A DNA stretch of 64,000 nt from Stramenopiles sp. TOSAG23-6 (taxonomy: Eukaryota): NCBI GenBank assembly GCA_900128565.1, contig LT635914.1:1-64000 (forward strand), written 5' to 3'. A model generated the notes under the pieces. That model saw only the letters and a program-made list of their open reading frames with translations, had not been told where the DNA came from and did not search any database. Position numbers and translations under genes: made by a program. This document shows, in pieces, positions 19,252-32,333 of the stretch; the stretch's first letter is position 1; each line of letters begins with the position of its first letter.

Positions 19252-22200
19252 TTATTTTTTATTATTCTGGAATTCAATAAATACTAAATTTAATGCTTCA
19301 TTTACGAGGCGCGTGTCGATACTTTCGTCAGATAACTGGTCAAATACTTGAACACAGTGCTCTGGCAAGATGGAAAACTCCAATCTCAATGCTTCACTTG
19401 AGCAACATTGAAGGAAATGTGACATAATTACATTCACTGCGGCAGTAGCTACTTCCAGGAGGCGATACTGCGATGTACACGGAAGGTCTTCAAAACTTAA
19501 ATTAGAAAAATCAAAACTTTTTCCTCCGACAATTACTTTGTTTGAAGTGTAAGTACCGTCAAATTTTAGAAAAAGCTTACGATGATTTTCGTGAATTTTT
19601 GACGCAATAGAAGTAATGTAAAAATCCCGCAATTCCCAGAATGTCAATTTTAAACGAGACTGAGCATCAATGATAAATCTGTTGTAAATCATTCCTTTTT
19701 GTTGGAATAAATCTATAATATCCAAAGAATCTCTTTTTTCTTGGTTGTCTTCATTATCTTCCGATCTGGATAAATTTGCAATCAAATATGAATTATTTTC
19801 ACGCTTCCATTTAGCCCTTGACCTTATTTTTTTTTCTAATACCGCCCAACCTATACTTCTCTTTCTTCCTTTTCTAGCCTTTTTATTTTGTTTGGGTGAT
19901 TTTGAATCGCTGCAACTGATTATAGAACCAAATTTATCTACGACCTTTCCCCACCGCTGGTATAAAATGTTCATTGTAAATATTCGATTGATTTGTCCTA
20001 AACCAGCCAGTGGTTCGTATATTTGCATTATATAAATATTACCTGTGTCATCTCCACAAGTCAAAGTTTTGTTGTCAGAAGAAACAAATATTGCAGTAAT
20101 ACAAACATAAAACTTATATTCACAGTACCTATACCCAGTAANGGGGCACCATAACATCATTCGTTGATCATAACCTCCAGATACAAGAAACATGAGATTT
20201 GGTGAAAATGCTAGCGTCGATATTGCCGCAGAATGTCCAGCAAATGCACCAGGCAGTGTCGAGATTTCTGGTTTTCTAGCCAAACTTAGGGTATTCCANA
20301 CTGCAATGTTAGAAATATCATCACCAATTGCAATTAAATTTCCATCTGCTGCAATGCACATGGCGCTTAATCTACCTCGAAGTTTTGGGTGATTGGAAGC
20401 ATTCCAATTTGGTGTTGCATTACGTAAAGATAGTGAACTATTTTCAAGATCCACGCAATGTGTGTTCACCACCCCCACATCATTCATTACTACTAAGTAA
20501 CTTCCATCTTCACCACTATTAGTGGAAAGCACGAATGAAGAAATAGGACCAAACTTCAAATTTACATTATACAGTTTTTNAGGATTTGACCATGCGTTAG
20601 TTTTGCTACCAGATCCCCAAATTGCAATGAGTGAGTTTTTATCCCCCGAAATAAGACGGTCTTCATTCACAACTAAGCATGTTATACCTGTGTTGTGTGC
20701 GGCCATTGTGCTTAATTCGGATGCTAGTAAGGATGCATGTGGTTGCTTCTTTNTCTTGCTTTGAATGGCCGTGGAAAATTTCCACGCAACAATTTTTGAA
20801 TCAACGTCATCACCGCCTGAGAAAAGTATTATTTCGCCACNCTTTTGGGGTGATGCAAATGCAATTGATAAGACTGAATCTATATGCCCTTTGAGTTTAC
20901 ATGCTAATTGATTCAATTGTATATCCCATAAATGTAACGATAAGTCTAGTGAACCACACGCAACGTACCGAGAATCATGACTTACTTTACAGCACATAAC
21001 CCNATTAGAATGTTTGTGGGTTTTCCCATTCAGCATCAACCGTTTATCTGAAGAAGAACCTAACTGCATTCCTGTATGGAGAAATAACCGCACAGTAGTG
21101 TCGTGGCTACAACTGGTGATGGTCCCATCATGGAGGAAATCACAACCGCTTACTGCATCATTATGTCCACTAATAGATCGAATTACTTTGCATTTCTTAA
21201 TATCCCAGAGCAAAATACTATTATCTAGCCCGCATGTAATAAGTTCTCCTTCTTTTTCATCNTTAAACGCCGCGCTTAATAAGCCACGTGAATGACCCTT
21301 ATCTTCTCGTAGTACACAAATACAACCACCGTTATTTGGGTTCTTACCTAGGAACATATTACCTGTTGTACTCCACAGCATGGCACATCCGTCTAACGAA
21401 GTAGTGCAAAACACGTCGTTGCTTTGNTGCCAAGTCAATGACGTCACTCTGTCCAAATGGTGTGCTGTATATTTTATTTCGATGACAATTTTGCTCCCGG
21501 AAATATNATCAGTATCAAATAAAATGATATTGCCAGTGATATTACCAACAGCACACTTATCGCCAAATGGGGAAAAATCAACCGCAGTAAACTGACTTAA
21601 TTCATACGCTGCAGACCACGAAGTTACTTGCTCNGAGGATTTCTTGCAATTCCAGAATCTTATTGCGGAGTCGGAAGATACTGATACAATCCAAAGTCCA
21701 TTATATGTCAATGAAATATCTGAAACNGAGGAAGAGCTATGACCCCCNTCAATACGGGAAGTTAGTTCATACTCTGGGCTNTTCCAAATAAGAATATCCC
21801 CAGCTCTATCACCTGAAGCTATGCACTCTCTGCACCACGAAACACTTGTTATCCCAGAAGTGTGACCTTCTAAGCTTTTATCTACTGTCATTGTTTCATC
21901 TATAGTTATTATTTGTAGATTTGCATTCTCAAATCCGATTAAAGCTTGAGCTTTATTCGGAGACATACACATTACATTCATTCTCATATCAGCATAAACA
22001 TGNTTAGCGTCTTTTCGTTCAGTATCTTTGCATAGAAGTTTCTGTTGAATCAGTATGGGACAGGCGCCAAATGTGTCAATATTTGATTCCAATGTACTTG
22101 TACAAAAGTCCGCCGCAATGGATGAGATACCCTGACTNCCCAAAGCTTGCTGGAAAATCTTTGTAGGAGATGAATTCAGTTCTATTGATCGCTCTCTGAG

Positions 22201-25200
22201 AAAGAAAAAATGCTCTGTAATAGATTTTGTGAACATTGTAGTGAAACGCTTTAACGTATTATCAATACTAATTTCAGGGAAGCGTAGCATTTTTGGAATT
22301 GCTGATTTCACTGGCTTAGAATTTTCGTTTCCCTTTGAGGTTAAATACTTTTGAATGCCTTGGACAATTTCCCCTCTTCGAGATCGTAGACAATCTGGTA
22401 GAATCTTAGTNCTCGTCCCATTCTCANTTGTAATTACATTCTCAGTTAAAGGCTTCAGCTTTTCAGAATTTATAAAAGATTCACAAATTAAATTCGGCTT
22501 GGCTAAGATATTTGGAAGTAAATANTGAAAATGATCAATAAGTTCATACACAGATGCACCATCTAATACNATATAGGCCTTGAGAAATCTCAAATTGCAA
22601 AAGACTGAACATATTTGGAGAAATCCCATTTTCGAGGGATCTTGCAGTTGGCAAAGATAAAATGGATACACCTGAAGGGCATATGGATTTGGCTTACGGA
22701 AAGAATAATCACAATATGGATCCGAAACACTTCTGCACCATTGTACCAGAGCACTAACATAAATGTCACGATTAGCCGAACCTGGACCTCCCAAGTATTT
22801 CGCTTCTATAATCTGTGATATTCTTTCATGNTGTATACACAACATGTTTGGATACGGACTCAGTTCTACAAGTTGTAGAAAACCTCGCATACTTGAAATT
22901 AGTGCATCAAGCAACCCTTTTTTAGTATATGATTGCTTCCGANTAGTTTCTACTATCTTCAAGATGTTAGGAATATCACACGTAAAAATACCAAAAAGCG
23001 ATAAGTGAATTAATGAGAATAAATTGCAAGTAACGTCATATCCGAATGTTTCTTCAAAATGTGTTATAACACAATTAATTATTCCGTCCAAACTGTTCGG
23101 AAAAGATTTGCGTGAAACCCCTAAGTCTTCAGAAAAGAAAATATATGTTGCAATTTCCAGATATAGAGGTGTAATTGTGATGTTTTGAAATTCTGTGTTG
23201 GACANCATATCAATCAATGAGATAAGTGTATTATCTATATTTCTATGNAATAAAGATTTGCTGGCAATATTCGATCTTCTGATNAAAGATTTTACCACTA
23301 GAGTACTAAATTTTATCAAGGTCTTGCCAGATGGTAGTAAATGTTTGATGTCAAATACNGCAGTTTCTGGTTTTCCTTTCGGTAATTTCCCCATAGGCAT
23401 GGTGATCATAATCATAATATGGCCATTGTTTCGAAAGCGATAAGGTATCCAGTCAAATTCTTCAGACTTGTACGGAACACTTAACTTATGAGCATCATCA
23501 ATGCATATCAATAATTGAAGGTTATCTCTTTCAGCTTTAAGNGCAACTTTATCAAGCAAATTAAAAAAATACGGCCGGAGGCTGGAGTATTCTCCTGGGA
23601 TTCTAGTATTGACACAAATTTCAAAACGTGNTTGAAGTTCAAAACACAAACGGAATAGCATACGTCTACAATCATAACTATTAGGTGATGCACCAACAAA
23701 ATGAGATAAAGAAATTACACTATTGCGCTCCTTTTCTTTACAAACTTTAGGACATACATGAGCTATCTTCGCACATAGTGTTGTCACGCCAATACCGGCA
23801 AGATTAAGGGGCCTTTCCCACACTAAAGGTTTTCCGTGTTCACCTGCTGTCCACAATTCATCCATTATTTCATCAACTACTCGGTCATTAAAATCATCAC
23901 TGAAATATGGTACATATTGAGATGTATATTGTGATACAAGGTGTTGGTGAAGAAAACTTTCTTGAATTAACAATTTATGCCCTGAAACTTCTAATTTTGA
24001 TTGTGATGTTTTGACAGAGTCGTAGTTTCCAGGTAAACCATAAGTGCAAGGACTACAATCAAATCCAAACTCGTACTGTAAAGCCTCAAATATGTCATCA
24101 ATTGCTATACTTGCCAATGTATTTAAACTAAGTCTGTCTATACTATTCACCTCATTGAGTGCCCCTTGTCTACATTCATAAGTATTTCTACAAGATTTAG
24201 AAAACTTTTCATCATATGATTTAATATCAATTTCCAAAAGATTTAAATTCNAATTCTCCTTACTGATTTTTGTATTATTTTTCAATATTCGGTTGTATAT
24301 GAAACGATGACTTGGAAGTGCTGAACGATTCATTGCTTTTATTGTCATGTGAAAGAGAGATCTCACACCGTTAGCACCACACAATTTTGTATCCGGAATC
24401 CACCCATATTCTTCACCAATCAACGCAACATAGAATGGTTTACATGTTTTGATACCACGCTGCATATTTTCCAACAAATTAAGTGACGTTTCAACGTGAG
24501 ATCCATCTTTTAGTTGAACANGTATACACAAGTTTTTTTCTTTCAGTCGGCGATTCAATAATGGGACTACTACATTGTGGAAAACCCAATGTTCTTCTTC
24601 AAATCCCTTTCCTACNGATGCCAAATAAATGTATACATTCCGTTGAAATCCATGTGCTCGAAGGGCAGCCTCTCCTTCACCCCATATCATACAATGATGT
24701 GATGCACAGTCCTCTCTATGCATTAATATGAGTTCTCTTTGNTTTGCATTTTTTTGATTGATAGGTTTTTGTCTCGTCTTCCCTTGTGACATTTGCTTTG
24801 AAGAAATATTGGTGTAGTGAGACGACAATCGAATTTCGGTGCAATCATTGTGTATGTGGTGAGCATGAAGCGTTTGAATAGGTATAGGCATTTTGATGTT
24901 TAAATGTGGCAAATGTACATGCGAGTTAATTTTTATGGGGTATACTTCTTCAACATCTGGAAACCTAGAATTATTACTGCGACGTCTAGGTGACAATGAA
25001 GTAGATTTTTNTTTTTTATCTCCCNTAAAATATTTTTTNCGAGGTGAACATGATGTCGACGGACGCATCCCACGTTGGGCAGAAAAAGCTTTTCTATTGT
25101 TANCATAACNTCGAGTTTTTGATTCTAAGTCAAAAGGTATACCAAACGTTGCCAATAGTTTTCTTTGCCTCTGATAATTAATATTCCCCGATTTCCCGCT

Positions 25201-26025
25201 TACTTTCTTCTCTTTTGATAACATTGCAGGGGCTGTAGAAGGACGTATTCTTTGCTTATACTGGTTGCCAGAGTTGCCGTATTTCGTTTGAGTTCGCATT
25301 TCTGATGAACTAGGGTTTCCAGTTGTTCTCAGTCGTTGCAAAGATTTATTGTATCGTNTGAAATCTTCTTGTTTCTTTACATGGTATGGAATAGATTTTG
25401 AGTCTGATAGCTTCATGCTACTNTCCTTTGCTTTTCTTCCTCGTTGCATNTGCTTTGCCGTTATTTGTGTGGCTCCAGGATTCACTGGATCTGGTCGCGG
25501 TATTATGTCGGCTGAAGCATTCATTGGTTCCGTATGCTCAAATGTTTTACTAGTATCGAACTCACTTATTTTCAGAACTGGNTGCCGATTTTTGCGGATT
25601 CGTCTCTTTAGCCAGCTAGCAGAGACATGTTCTGTTCTCTGTCTCTCCATGCGCTCGGCCATTGCAAGCAATTTATGCATCTCTATATCTTTAGGGTTCA
25701 TTAGAATACCTTTCTTGGCTGTGGTGATTGCGGCTGGGAACCTCTCCTGGGCAATCTGTTCTTTGCAAAGTTCTTTGCGACTTTTCTTCTTTCTTATCTT
25801 CTTCTTCTTCTTCTTCTCTGGAACTTCTATACGGTTCTGCACATCGTTATCAATTTGAGGAACTATTTCATGTTTAGCTGTCTTTGCGTTTTCTACTTCT
25901 ACAGCCGTAGACTTTTTGNTAGTATGACCAGAACCACGACCAAAGAATGAACCAACAACATCAAAACCCTCCATCTCTGGCAANTCTTTGGCAAACNCTC
26001 GAGGCTCTGAAGCGTTTCCCAACAT
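19252..26025 (-). CDS. TEP1/NWD-like DUF4062-NACHT-WD40 protein (copy 2)
   Basis: Mirror of 6056-12829. Confidence 0.8.
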   Translation of the reverse strand: MLGNASEPRXFAKXLPEMEGFDVVGSFFGRGSGHTXKKSTAVEVENAKTAKHEIVPQIDNDVQNRIEVPEKKKKKKIRKKKSRKELCKEQIAQERFPAAITTAKKGILMNPKDIEMHKLLAMAERMERQRTEHVSASWLKRRIRKNRXPVLKISEFDTSKTFEHTEPMNASADIIPRPDPVNPGATQITAKXMQRGRKAKXSSMKLSDSKSIPYHVKKQEDFXRYNKSLQRLRTTGNPSSSEMRTQTKYGNSGNQYKQRIRPSTAPAMLSKEKKVSGKSGNINYQRQRKLLATFGIPFDLESKTRXYXNNRKAFSAQRGMRPSTSCSPXKKYFXGDKKXKSTSLSPRRRSNNSRFPDVEEVYPIKINSHVHLPHLNIKMPIPIQTLHAHHIHNDCTEIRLSSHYTNISSKQMSQGKTRQKPINQKNAXQRELILMHREDCASHHCMIWGEGEAALRAHGFQRNVYIYLAXVGKGFEEEHWVFHNVVVPLLNRRLKEKNLCIXVQLKDGSHVETSLNLLENMQRGIKTCKPFYVALIGEEYGWIPDTKLCGANGVRSLFHMTIKAMNRSALPSHRFIYNRILKNNTKISKENXNLNLLEIDIKSYDEKFSKSCRNTYECRQGALNEVNSIDRLSLNTLASIAIDDIFEALQYEFGFDCSPCTYGLPGNYDSVKTSQSKLEVSGHKLLIQESFLHQHLVSQYTSQYVPYFSDDFNDRVVDEIMDELWTAGEHGKPLVWERPLNLAGIGVTTLCAKIAHVCPKVCKEKERNSVISLSHFVGASPNSYDCRRMLFRLCFELQXRFEICVNTRIPGEYSSLRPYFFNLLDKVXLKAERDNLQLLICIDDAHKLSVPYKSEEFDWIPYRFRNNGHIMIMITMPMGKLPKGKPETXVFDIKHLLPSGKTLIKFSTLVVKSXIRRSNIASKSLXHRNIDNTLISLIDMXSNTEFQNITITPLYLEIATYIFFSEDLGVSRKSFPNSLDGIINCVITHFEETFGYDVTCNLFSLIHLSLFGIFTCDIPNILKIVETXRKQSYTKKGLLDALISSMRGFLQLVELSPYPNMLCIXHERISQIIEAKYLGGPGSANRDIYVSALVQWCRSVSDPYCDYSFRKPNPYALQVYPFYLCQLQDPSKMGFLQICSVFCNLRFLKAYXVLDGASVYELIDHFXYLLPNILAKPNLICESFINSEKLKPLTENVITXENGTXTKILPDCLRSRRGEIVQGIQKYLTSKGNENSKPVKSAIPKMLRFPEISIDNTLKRFTTMFTKSITEHFFFLRERSIELNSSPTKIFQQALXSQGISSIAADFCTSTLESNIDTFGACPILIQQKLLCKDTERKDAXHVYADMRMNVMCMSPNKAQALIGFENANLQIITIDETMTVDKSLEGHTSGITSVSWCRECIASGDRAGDILIWXSPEYELTSRIXGGHSSSXVSDISLTYNGLWIVSVSSDSAIRFWNCKKSXEQVTSWSAAYELSQFTAVDFSPFGDKCAVGNITGNIILFDTDXISGSKIVIEIKYTAHHLDRVTSLTWXQSNDVFCTTSLDGCAMLWSTTGNMFLGKNPNNGGCICVLREDKGHSRGLLSAAFXDEKEGELITCGLDNSILLWDIKKCKVIRSISGHNDAVSGCDFLHDGTITSCSHDTTVRLFLHTGMQLGSSSDKRLMLNGKTHKHSNXVMCCKVSHDSRYVACGSLDLSLHLWDIQLNQLACKLKGHIDSVLSIAFASPQKXGEIILFSGGDDVDSKIVAWKFSTAIQSKXKKQPHASLLASELSTMAAHNTGITCLVVNEDRLISGDKNSLIAIWGSGSKTNAWSNPXKLYNVNLKFGPISSFVLSTNSGEDGSYLVVMNDVGVVNTHCVDLENSSLSLRNATPNWNASNHPKLRGRLSAMCIAADGNLIAIGDDISNIAXWNTLSLARKPEISTLPGAFAGHSAAISTLAFSPNLMFLVSGGYDQRMMLWCPXTGYRYCEYKFYVCITAIFVSSDNKTLTCGDDTGNIYIMQIYEPLAGLGQINRIFTMNILYQRWGKVVDKFGSIISCSDSKSPKQNKKARKGRKRSIGWAVLEKKIRSRAKWKRENNSYLIANLSRSEDNEDNQEKRDSLDIIDLFQQKGMIYNRFIIDAQSRLKLTFWELRDFYITSIASKIHENHRKLFLKFDGTYTSNKVIVGGKSFDFSNLSFEDLPCTSQYRLLEVATAAVNVIMSHFLQCCSSEALRLEFSILPEHCVQVFDQLSDESIDTRLVNEALNLVFIEFQNNKK

Positions 26026-26230
26026 TGTNTAGATGCTCACTTACTGTTGTTGCATTTTCTCTAATACTATGTGCGAGTAAAATTTGGACGTATATCGATG
26101 AATTGAATCTAAGAAATTTTGATACTAGCTATTAGATACTAATTTCGAGGGTATCAAAAAAGAAAATAAACGTTAACGTTACAACAACGTATGAAAATAT
26201 TGGACAGGTTTGTACAATGAAACATGATTT

Positions 26231-29129
26231 TTATTTTTGTTCACTTTCATTAATTTCATTTTGAAATAATTCCATTTTCTGTTGCATTTGTATTTGATGC
26301 TGTTGACTCTGTTGTTCCAAATGTAGTTGTTGTTGTTGTATTTGCATATCTTGTTGTTGCTTCCGCATCTTTCTAAAATAATCTTTCTTCATCGAAATCA
26401 TTCGTTCTGAAATTTGCTCAATATCATGTTTTAATTCTTCAACTTGGTGCTTATACATGTCAAGTTCGTTATCCATTTTTTTCATTTGGTGTCGTTTTTC
26501 TTTTAGGTTTTCTTCATATATCGTTAGCTGCTCGGCAACTTCAGGCCCTGGCTGNCTCGCTAGAATATTCTTCAATTCAACATATAATCTTTCTTTTTCT
26601 TGTATTAATAGGTCTCTTTCTATCACTTCCTGTGTTTTTGACAGTAGTTGCTTTTGCTTTCTTTGGATTTTTTGAATGAGCCCAAATCGTTTTGGGTCGG
26701 TACCNGCAAGTTTTCGCCATCTATGTATATTCATTGGACGTTCTAATTCTGTCGATAAAGCAGTGATTTTGGCCTTCTCCCTCAAAATCTCTTTTTCAAG
26801 ACTATATTGCCTAGTTTTCATTGATGATAGATCAAGAACATTACTCTTGAGATAATCAAGACGTTCTTTTGCAATGACCAATGCATCTTTCAATGCCTCG
26901 GCTCTTGCTTGAGTTTGAGAATATTGCCACTCACCTTTGGATAGTGTTGATCTTTGAATCTTAATTTTTTCATAAAGTTTAGCCAACTCTTCATTTCGGC
27001 GTATAAGTTGCGCACCAAGAATATCCCGTTCATTTACAACAGCTGTGAACTCCTTTGACGACCTTGCAGTTTCACCGTCAGCTTCCTGAATGATGGCTTT
27101 GAGTTTCCGAACTTCATCTTTTTGAGTGCTGAGAATTTGATCGGAGGATAGGATTTGCTTGCGTACTCGCGTAATATCATTTCTAAGACGTTTAACATCT
27201 TTACAAACCTTGACATGAGCAAAATGTTCTTTTAGAAGATCTTGGTCTTTCGAAGTGATTTCTTCTTTTTGTTGTTCAATTACTTGAACAAGAATCTTAA
27301 ATTTACGTTTCATTTCGGCTATTTCTTCATGGGATTCAATAAGTTGCTTCGAGTATAAATTACGATCACTCCGGACCCCTTCATACAAATTTTGCTGCTT
27401 TTTAATACGACTTTCACCCNCTGCAATCTTTTTCTGTTCTTCAACTACTTGAAGCTCATGCAGGCGAACATCTTCAAGAGCAGCATAGTATTTTTGATTT
27501 ACCAAATGGCATTCTTTCTCATATTTGTCTCTCTCAATTTCTAAAGCTTCGATCCTTTCGCGCTGTTTACGCGCCGAGACCTTAAATAGTTGAATGTATT
27601 TTGGAAAAATATTTCAAAAAAAAATTAATTTTTGTTAGGTACAACATTTCGTACGAAAAAAAAATTTCGTACAAAAAAAATAAAACATACATATCTCGCC
27701 CAACATTTTTTATGGTGTTTTCTGCAACTTTAACTAAATCATGNGTTCCTTTTGTTGCTATTTCTTCCTTTGTAAGTTTCTTATTCAAGAATGTACGATC
27801 TCGCTCATGATCTGCNGCCGCCTTTTTTAATGAATCCGCTAACTTTTTTTCAACTTCAATTGCTGCTTCNACACCTGACATCTTTGCTCGGAGATCAGCA
27901 TTTACTTTATCATAGCGAAGCATACGCTGATCAGCTTCTTCGTACCTTTTAACAGTTAACTTCTTCAGTTTCCGAACTCGGCGAATTTCTTTTTCGATTT
28001 CTCTAACTTCTTTTTGTCGTTGTCCGCATTCTTTTAACCGTCTAGCATTTCCTTGCTCAATGAGATCATTTGTGTGAATTCTCTCCTCAATATCTTCTTC
28101 AACTTTTTTGATTTGCTGAAATAAAGCATCATAGTCTTTGAGGTAAACACCAATTTGGAGTTCTGCTATTTTTTGTTTTGACTCAAATTTATCATTTAAA
28201 CTAGTAGATTCATCGATTTTAACTGTTTTGGTTTGGACTATTGCTTGCAAACGTTGGAGTTCAACTCGCTGAATTTTTAACTGTTTATCAAAACGATCCT
28301 TTTTGTTTTGTGCACTAATAATCTGTGCTTCACATGTTTTTACTTCTCCTTCTAAAGCTTTTGCCGCAGAGGTCACTTCAGTAAGTTCGTGTTGTTTAAT
28401 TTCTACATGTATTGGAAAAAATATGACACAAAAAAAAATCGTTAGGTACGGAATTTCGTATGAAAAAATATAAATTCGAAATTGAAAAAANATAAAACAT
28501 ACATGTTCAGAAAGCCCCGACGTTTTGAATCGAACGTTTGTCAATGCTTGCGTCAATGCTTGCAACTCAAGTTGTTTCTGATCACGTTCATCTTCTAAAT
28601 TAGATAATTCAAGCTTTTGATTCTTTGTCAGGCCAGGACCAACTTCCATCTCGTCCTCTAAATCAGAAATATTTATAGAAAGTTTATTAATCTCCGCGCG
28701 AGCAATATCCTCTGAATCTTGACATTGTTTGATTTCAACTTGAAACTTTTTGATATCTCGCTTAACATTATTTGCTCTAAAATCGCTCTCTTCGGTTTGT
28801 TTTTTGAGCCCACCAAGTTTCAATATTTTGTCTTCTGTGTCCTTTATCAGTTCGCAAGTTTTTTTTACTTGTTCAACTTCAGATTTAAATTGTTTCCCAA
28901 TTTTTTCAAATAACTTTTCAAATTCAGGCTTAAAATTACCCATACCACCTTGAGCTTGTAGCATCTTATANACTCCCCCAAATCCAGATATTGCTTCGTT
29001 GAAAGCATCTTCATCAGCAGAGACTATAGGTTTAGTGAGTAGTTCCTTAAGCTCTGCTTTTTTTCGTCGCTGGATCTCTTCTTTTCTATTCTTTTCCTCA
29101 TCTTCACTAGAATCAACTGTGGCTGGCAT
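26231..29129 (-). CDS. CFAP58: CFAP58 (copy 2; introns 28407-28502 and 27594-27690)
   Basis: Mirror of 2952-5850. Confidence 0.9.
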
Positions 29130-29435
29130 GAAGAAAATATAATCAAAAATGCCTATTCGTCAATCAAGCCTTTATCGCAATGTGTGTAATCAATACTAAA
29201 AAATTACTATTTTGTGATGACTATTCGTGTTGGATATTTACTTAAAGACTTTCATTGATACTAGTACAAGAGTGCAAATTTTTACTAACGAAAAAAACGT
29301 TACATTTTTTTTAGGTACCCGGTTCCACAACNAAAAANTTAGANAAANTTTAATTGTTTAGAACATTTTTATTAGTTACAAATCTCATCATGTAATCAAT
29401 AGACTAATTGTGTTGTCAAAGAGAGAATCTTTGAA

Positions 29436-30713
29436 TTATTCGTCCACAGATAATTGCCGTAAACTGCGCCAGGTTTTTTTTGTCAAAAGAGACGACTTTG
29501 AACTATTTACAGTTTGTTCTCCTCCTTCCGTTTTCTGTTCAATACCTTCTTGATGACCTTCTTGATCAAAAAACTTAGGGTTAGGGTTGGGCTCTTTTAC
29601 ATAATTATCGGAAGTACCACCACAAATANTGCTACTGACATTAGAACTACTGCCACCATCACTATTTTTTTCATTATCGTTTACATCTGAGCAAAATTTT
29701 TTTAGTGGAGCATCACTTTCACCACCACTAGTACTAGTGCTTTCAGATACACCATCGGAAATGAATGCATATTTTCTTTTACTAGTCGATTTTTCGCTTT
29801 TACTGGTATTTCGTGTATTTACTAATTCTATTTTCTGCTTTTCGTTATTATTTTTATCTTGATTACTATGAATAATTCGACGTTTTTTTAATGGATGNGA
29901 TACAAGTTGTACAGAATGCGATTCTTTTTCTTCGACGACAGCCTGTTTCTCTGTACCAGTTGTTGGATTTACCCGGTTTCCAGAATAATTGTGTTGGATT
30001 TTGCTTTCCTCAAGTTTTCTCTTCGGAAGTCTTGTTATGCTATTCTGTGGTTCATCAGATTTATCAGGAAGACTACCTTCCTTTTTACGTCCAGTCTTAT
30101 TATGCAACTGTCCCATATTTTCAATATTGCTATTACATTTTTTTACGGTAGGGTTAGGGTTATGTGCTGATTTCATGTTACTTTCGTCTTTTTTAGTGTT
30201 TTTTCCTATTTCTGTTTTGTGAGGTTTAAATTGAAGATGGGCGTGTACTTTGGCTACTTTAGCTTCTTTGTCAGTATCTAAGCAAGATGTAAGATTATTC
30301 TCTGATTCGCCAATTCTCATCATTCGCTCTCGCAAAAGTGACTTCATATCTGCGTGGTCAGTGCAGTGCGCAAAATTTACTCCTAGCGCAGACAAACGCC
30401 GCTTTAGTTCCGCAACGGAACAACGGTCAAAGTCATTCACTGTATCGTAGTATCTATCGTCTTCTTGTCTATAGTCTTCTTCTCGATTAATATCACCGGT
30501 ACCATGCTCATGGGACATACGACTGTTTTCACTCCTCGAATTATTCAAATTCCGGTGAAAACTATACACACTGGCATACCGTTGGCGCTTGAAAGGAGTG
30601 GTAGAATGAACACTCACATCGCCATCAGAGTTATTCANAGACAACATGGGTACTGGTGAACATTGNCGCTTCCTTTTCTCTGGTGTTGATCTCTTCATCA
30701 CCCATTGATACAT
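29436..30713 (-). CDS. Hypothetical SAP/HeH-like low-complexity protein (copy 2)
   Basis: Mirror of 1368-2645. Confidence 0.58.
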   Translation of the reverse strand: MYQWVMKRSTPEKRKXQCSPVPMLSXNNSDGDVSVHSTTPFKRQRYASVYSFHRNLNNSRSENSRMSHEHGTGDINREEDYRQEDDRYYDTVNDFDRCSVAELKRRLSALGVNFAHCTDHADMKSLLRERMMRIGESENNLTSCLDTDKEAKVAKVHAHLQFKPHKTEIGKNTKKDESNMKSAHNPNPTVKKCNSNIENMGQLHNKTGRKKEGSLPDKSDEPQNSITRLPKRKLEESKIQHNYSGNRVNPTTGTEKQAVVEEKESHSVQLVXHPLKKRRIIHSNQDKNNNEKQKIELVNTRNTSKSEKSTSKRKYAFISDGVSESTSTSGGESDAPLKKFCSDVNDNEKNSDGGSSSNVSSXICGGTSDNYVKEPNPNPKFFDQEGHQEGIEQKTEGGEQTVNSSKSSLLTKKTWRSLRQLSVDE

Positions 30714-30958
30714 CGTTTTTTTAACACGCAAAATAATTCTTCATTAATTCTATTCTATTGTGTGGTGTGGTTGGTGAAGAAGCCCTTATCTAATTTCCGG
30801 TAAATACCCGAAAATAAATGACGAGGGTTACCGGGATACCATACCGCCGAACGGACGGCCGTTAAAAATCTCAAAAATCAAGAGTATCTTAGAAAAAAGA
30901 ATTTTGTTCAAGCAACTAAATCTTTTTAATTTAGAAAAGTACCACGACAAAAATAATT

Positions 30959-31828
30959 ATGATATCCAGTGGTATGTTTAAGCAAACAGATCACGATATG
31001 TTAGAAGAAGAATATCTTGCCGCTTTCCGCTTCTTCGATAAAGATAGAGATGGACTACTCACACCTGTACAGCTTGCACAAGCTATGCAATCTCTAGGCT
31101 TTTGTCAAACTACTAGCGAGTTCAAGCGTATTCTATTTTGCCTTGATCCTAAATCCATTACCGAACAAGACTTTTTGAATGTGCTGTCCTCAAAATTGGT
31201 ACAAAATGGTTTACTCACCACTCCAAAACTATTAGACGCCTTTAAATTGTTCAATTCAGCTAAACGGTGCAGAGTTTCTGACACTAGCAAAGGTTATCTG
31301 GAGGTTAACGATAGGGGTACTATATCACACACAGACTGGCTAGCCTTTACAACCAATTTCATTAAACCTCTCAACGTACGCTCAAAGGCAGTAATTAATA
31401 CAGAAACACGAAAGGTAACAAAAATCGGTGCCTATGACTTGGCATATTTCCCCCCATATGTGTTTCTAGATGTCAAACGCGATTTTAGTCAGTCTGTAGA
31501 AGGAAAACGTGTGAAATATCGACAATGGATAAAAGACAACATCAAGGAGCATCCAGAGAATAGAAATCCAAAGAAAATGGCAGAGGTTATGACTGCATTA
31601 GGTCTATTCAACCACGTGTATAGAGAAAAACGTGCAAAATCTTCTGGTGGTGAACTGTTGGTTGATGATAAAAATTTAATTCTCCGAGAAGATATAATTC
31701 GTGTGATCACTTCCATGGGAATTCCACTGAACTTTAGAGAGAGGAGAAGCTTTGCTTCTCTCATAGATGAGTCTGCCGAGGGAGAATATATAAACTATGC
31801 AAATTTATGTAAAAACCTTTTTCTTTAA
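30959..31828 (+). CDS. Multi-EF-hand protein (copy 2)
   Basis: Mirror of 253-1122. Confidence 0.78.
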   Translation: MISSGMFKQTDHDMLEEEYLAAFRFFDKDRDGLLTPVQLAQAMQSLGFCQTTSEFKRILFCLDPKSITEQDFLNVLSSKLVQNGLLTTPKLLDAFKLFNSAKRCRVSDTSKGYLEVNDRGTISHTDWLAFTTNFIKPLNVRSKAVINTETRKVTKIGAYDLAYFPPYVFLDVKRDFSQSVEGKRVKYRQWIKDNIKEHPENRNPKKMAEVMTALGLFNHVYREKRAKSSGGELLVDDKNLILREDIIRVITSMGIPLNFRERRSFASLIDESAEGEYINYANLCKNLFL

Positions 31829-32048
31829 GCATAAAAACAGTTATTAGGGATAGGGTGTATAACACTTCGTATGTTATGTTTTCCGATTTGGTATCTGTGA
31901 ATATATACTAGTACATAACTTATACATTTATTGTTGTGAACCTTTGGACTAATAAATATCTATCGGATAAGAGAAAGATGTAGAATGATTGATTTGAATT
32001 ATTAAATGATATCATAATAATAAAAATATATCCAATATCAATTTAAAT

Positions 32049-32084
<36 letters not shown>

Positions 32085-32333
32085 GTTTTTTATATCTTGA
32101 AGAAATTCGATAGTTTTGAACCAAAAACACATTCAATGTTCAAATTATAACACACTTCTACCTTCTACCCTCCTATATACACGAGCACCTCACTGGAAAC
32201 TAACTACGCGTAACTTCTATTAAATCAAGACAATTAATTACCTCAACAGACCTTGTGACGCAACTTTTATATTTTGAATTAGACATATTATTCATGTCAA
32301 AAGAAACCACTCTATACTATACTAATTGTTTTG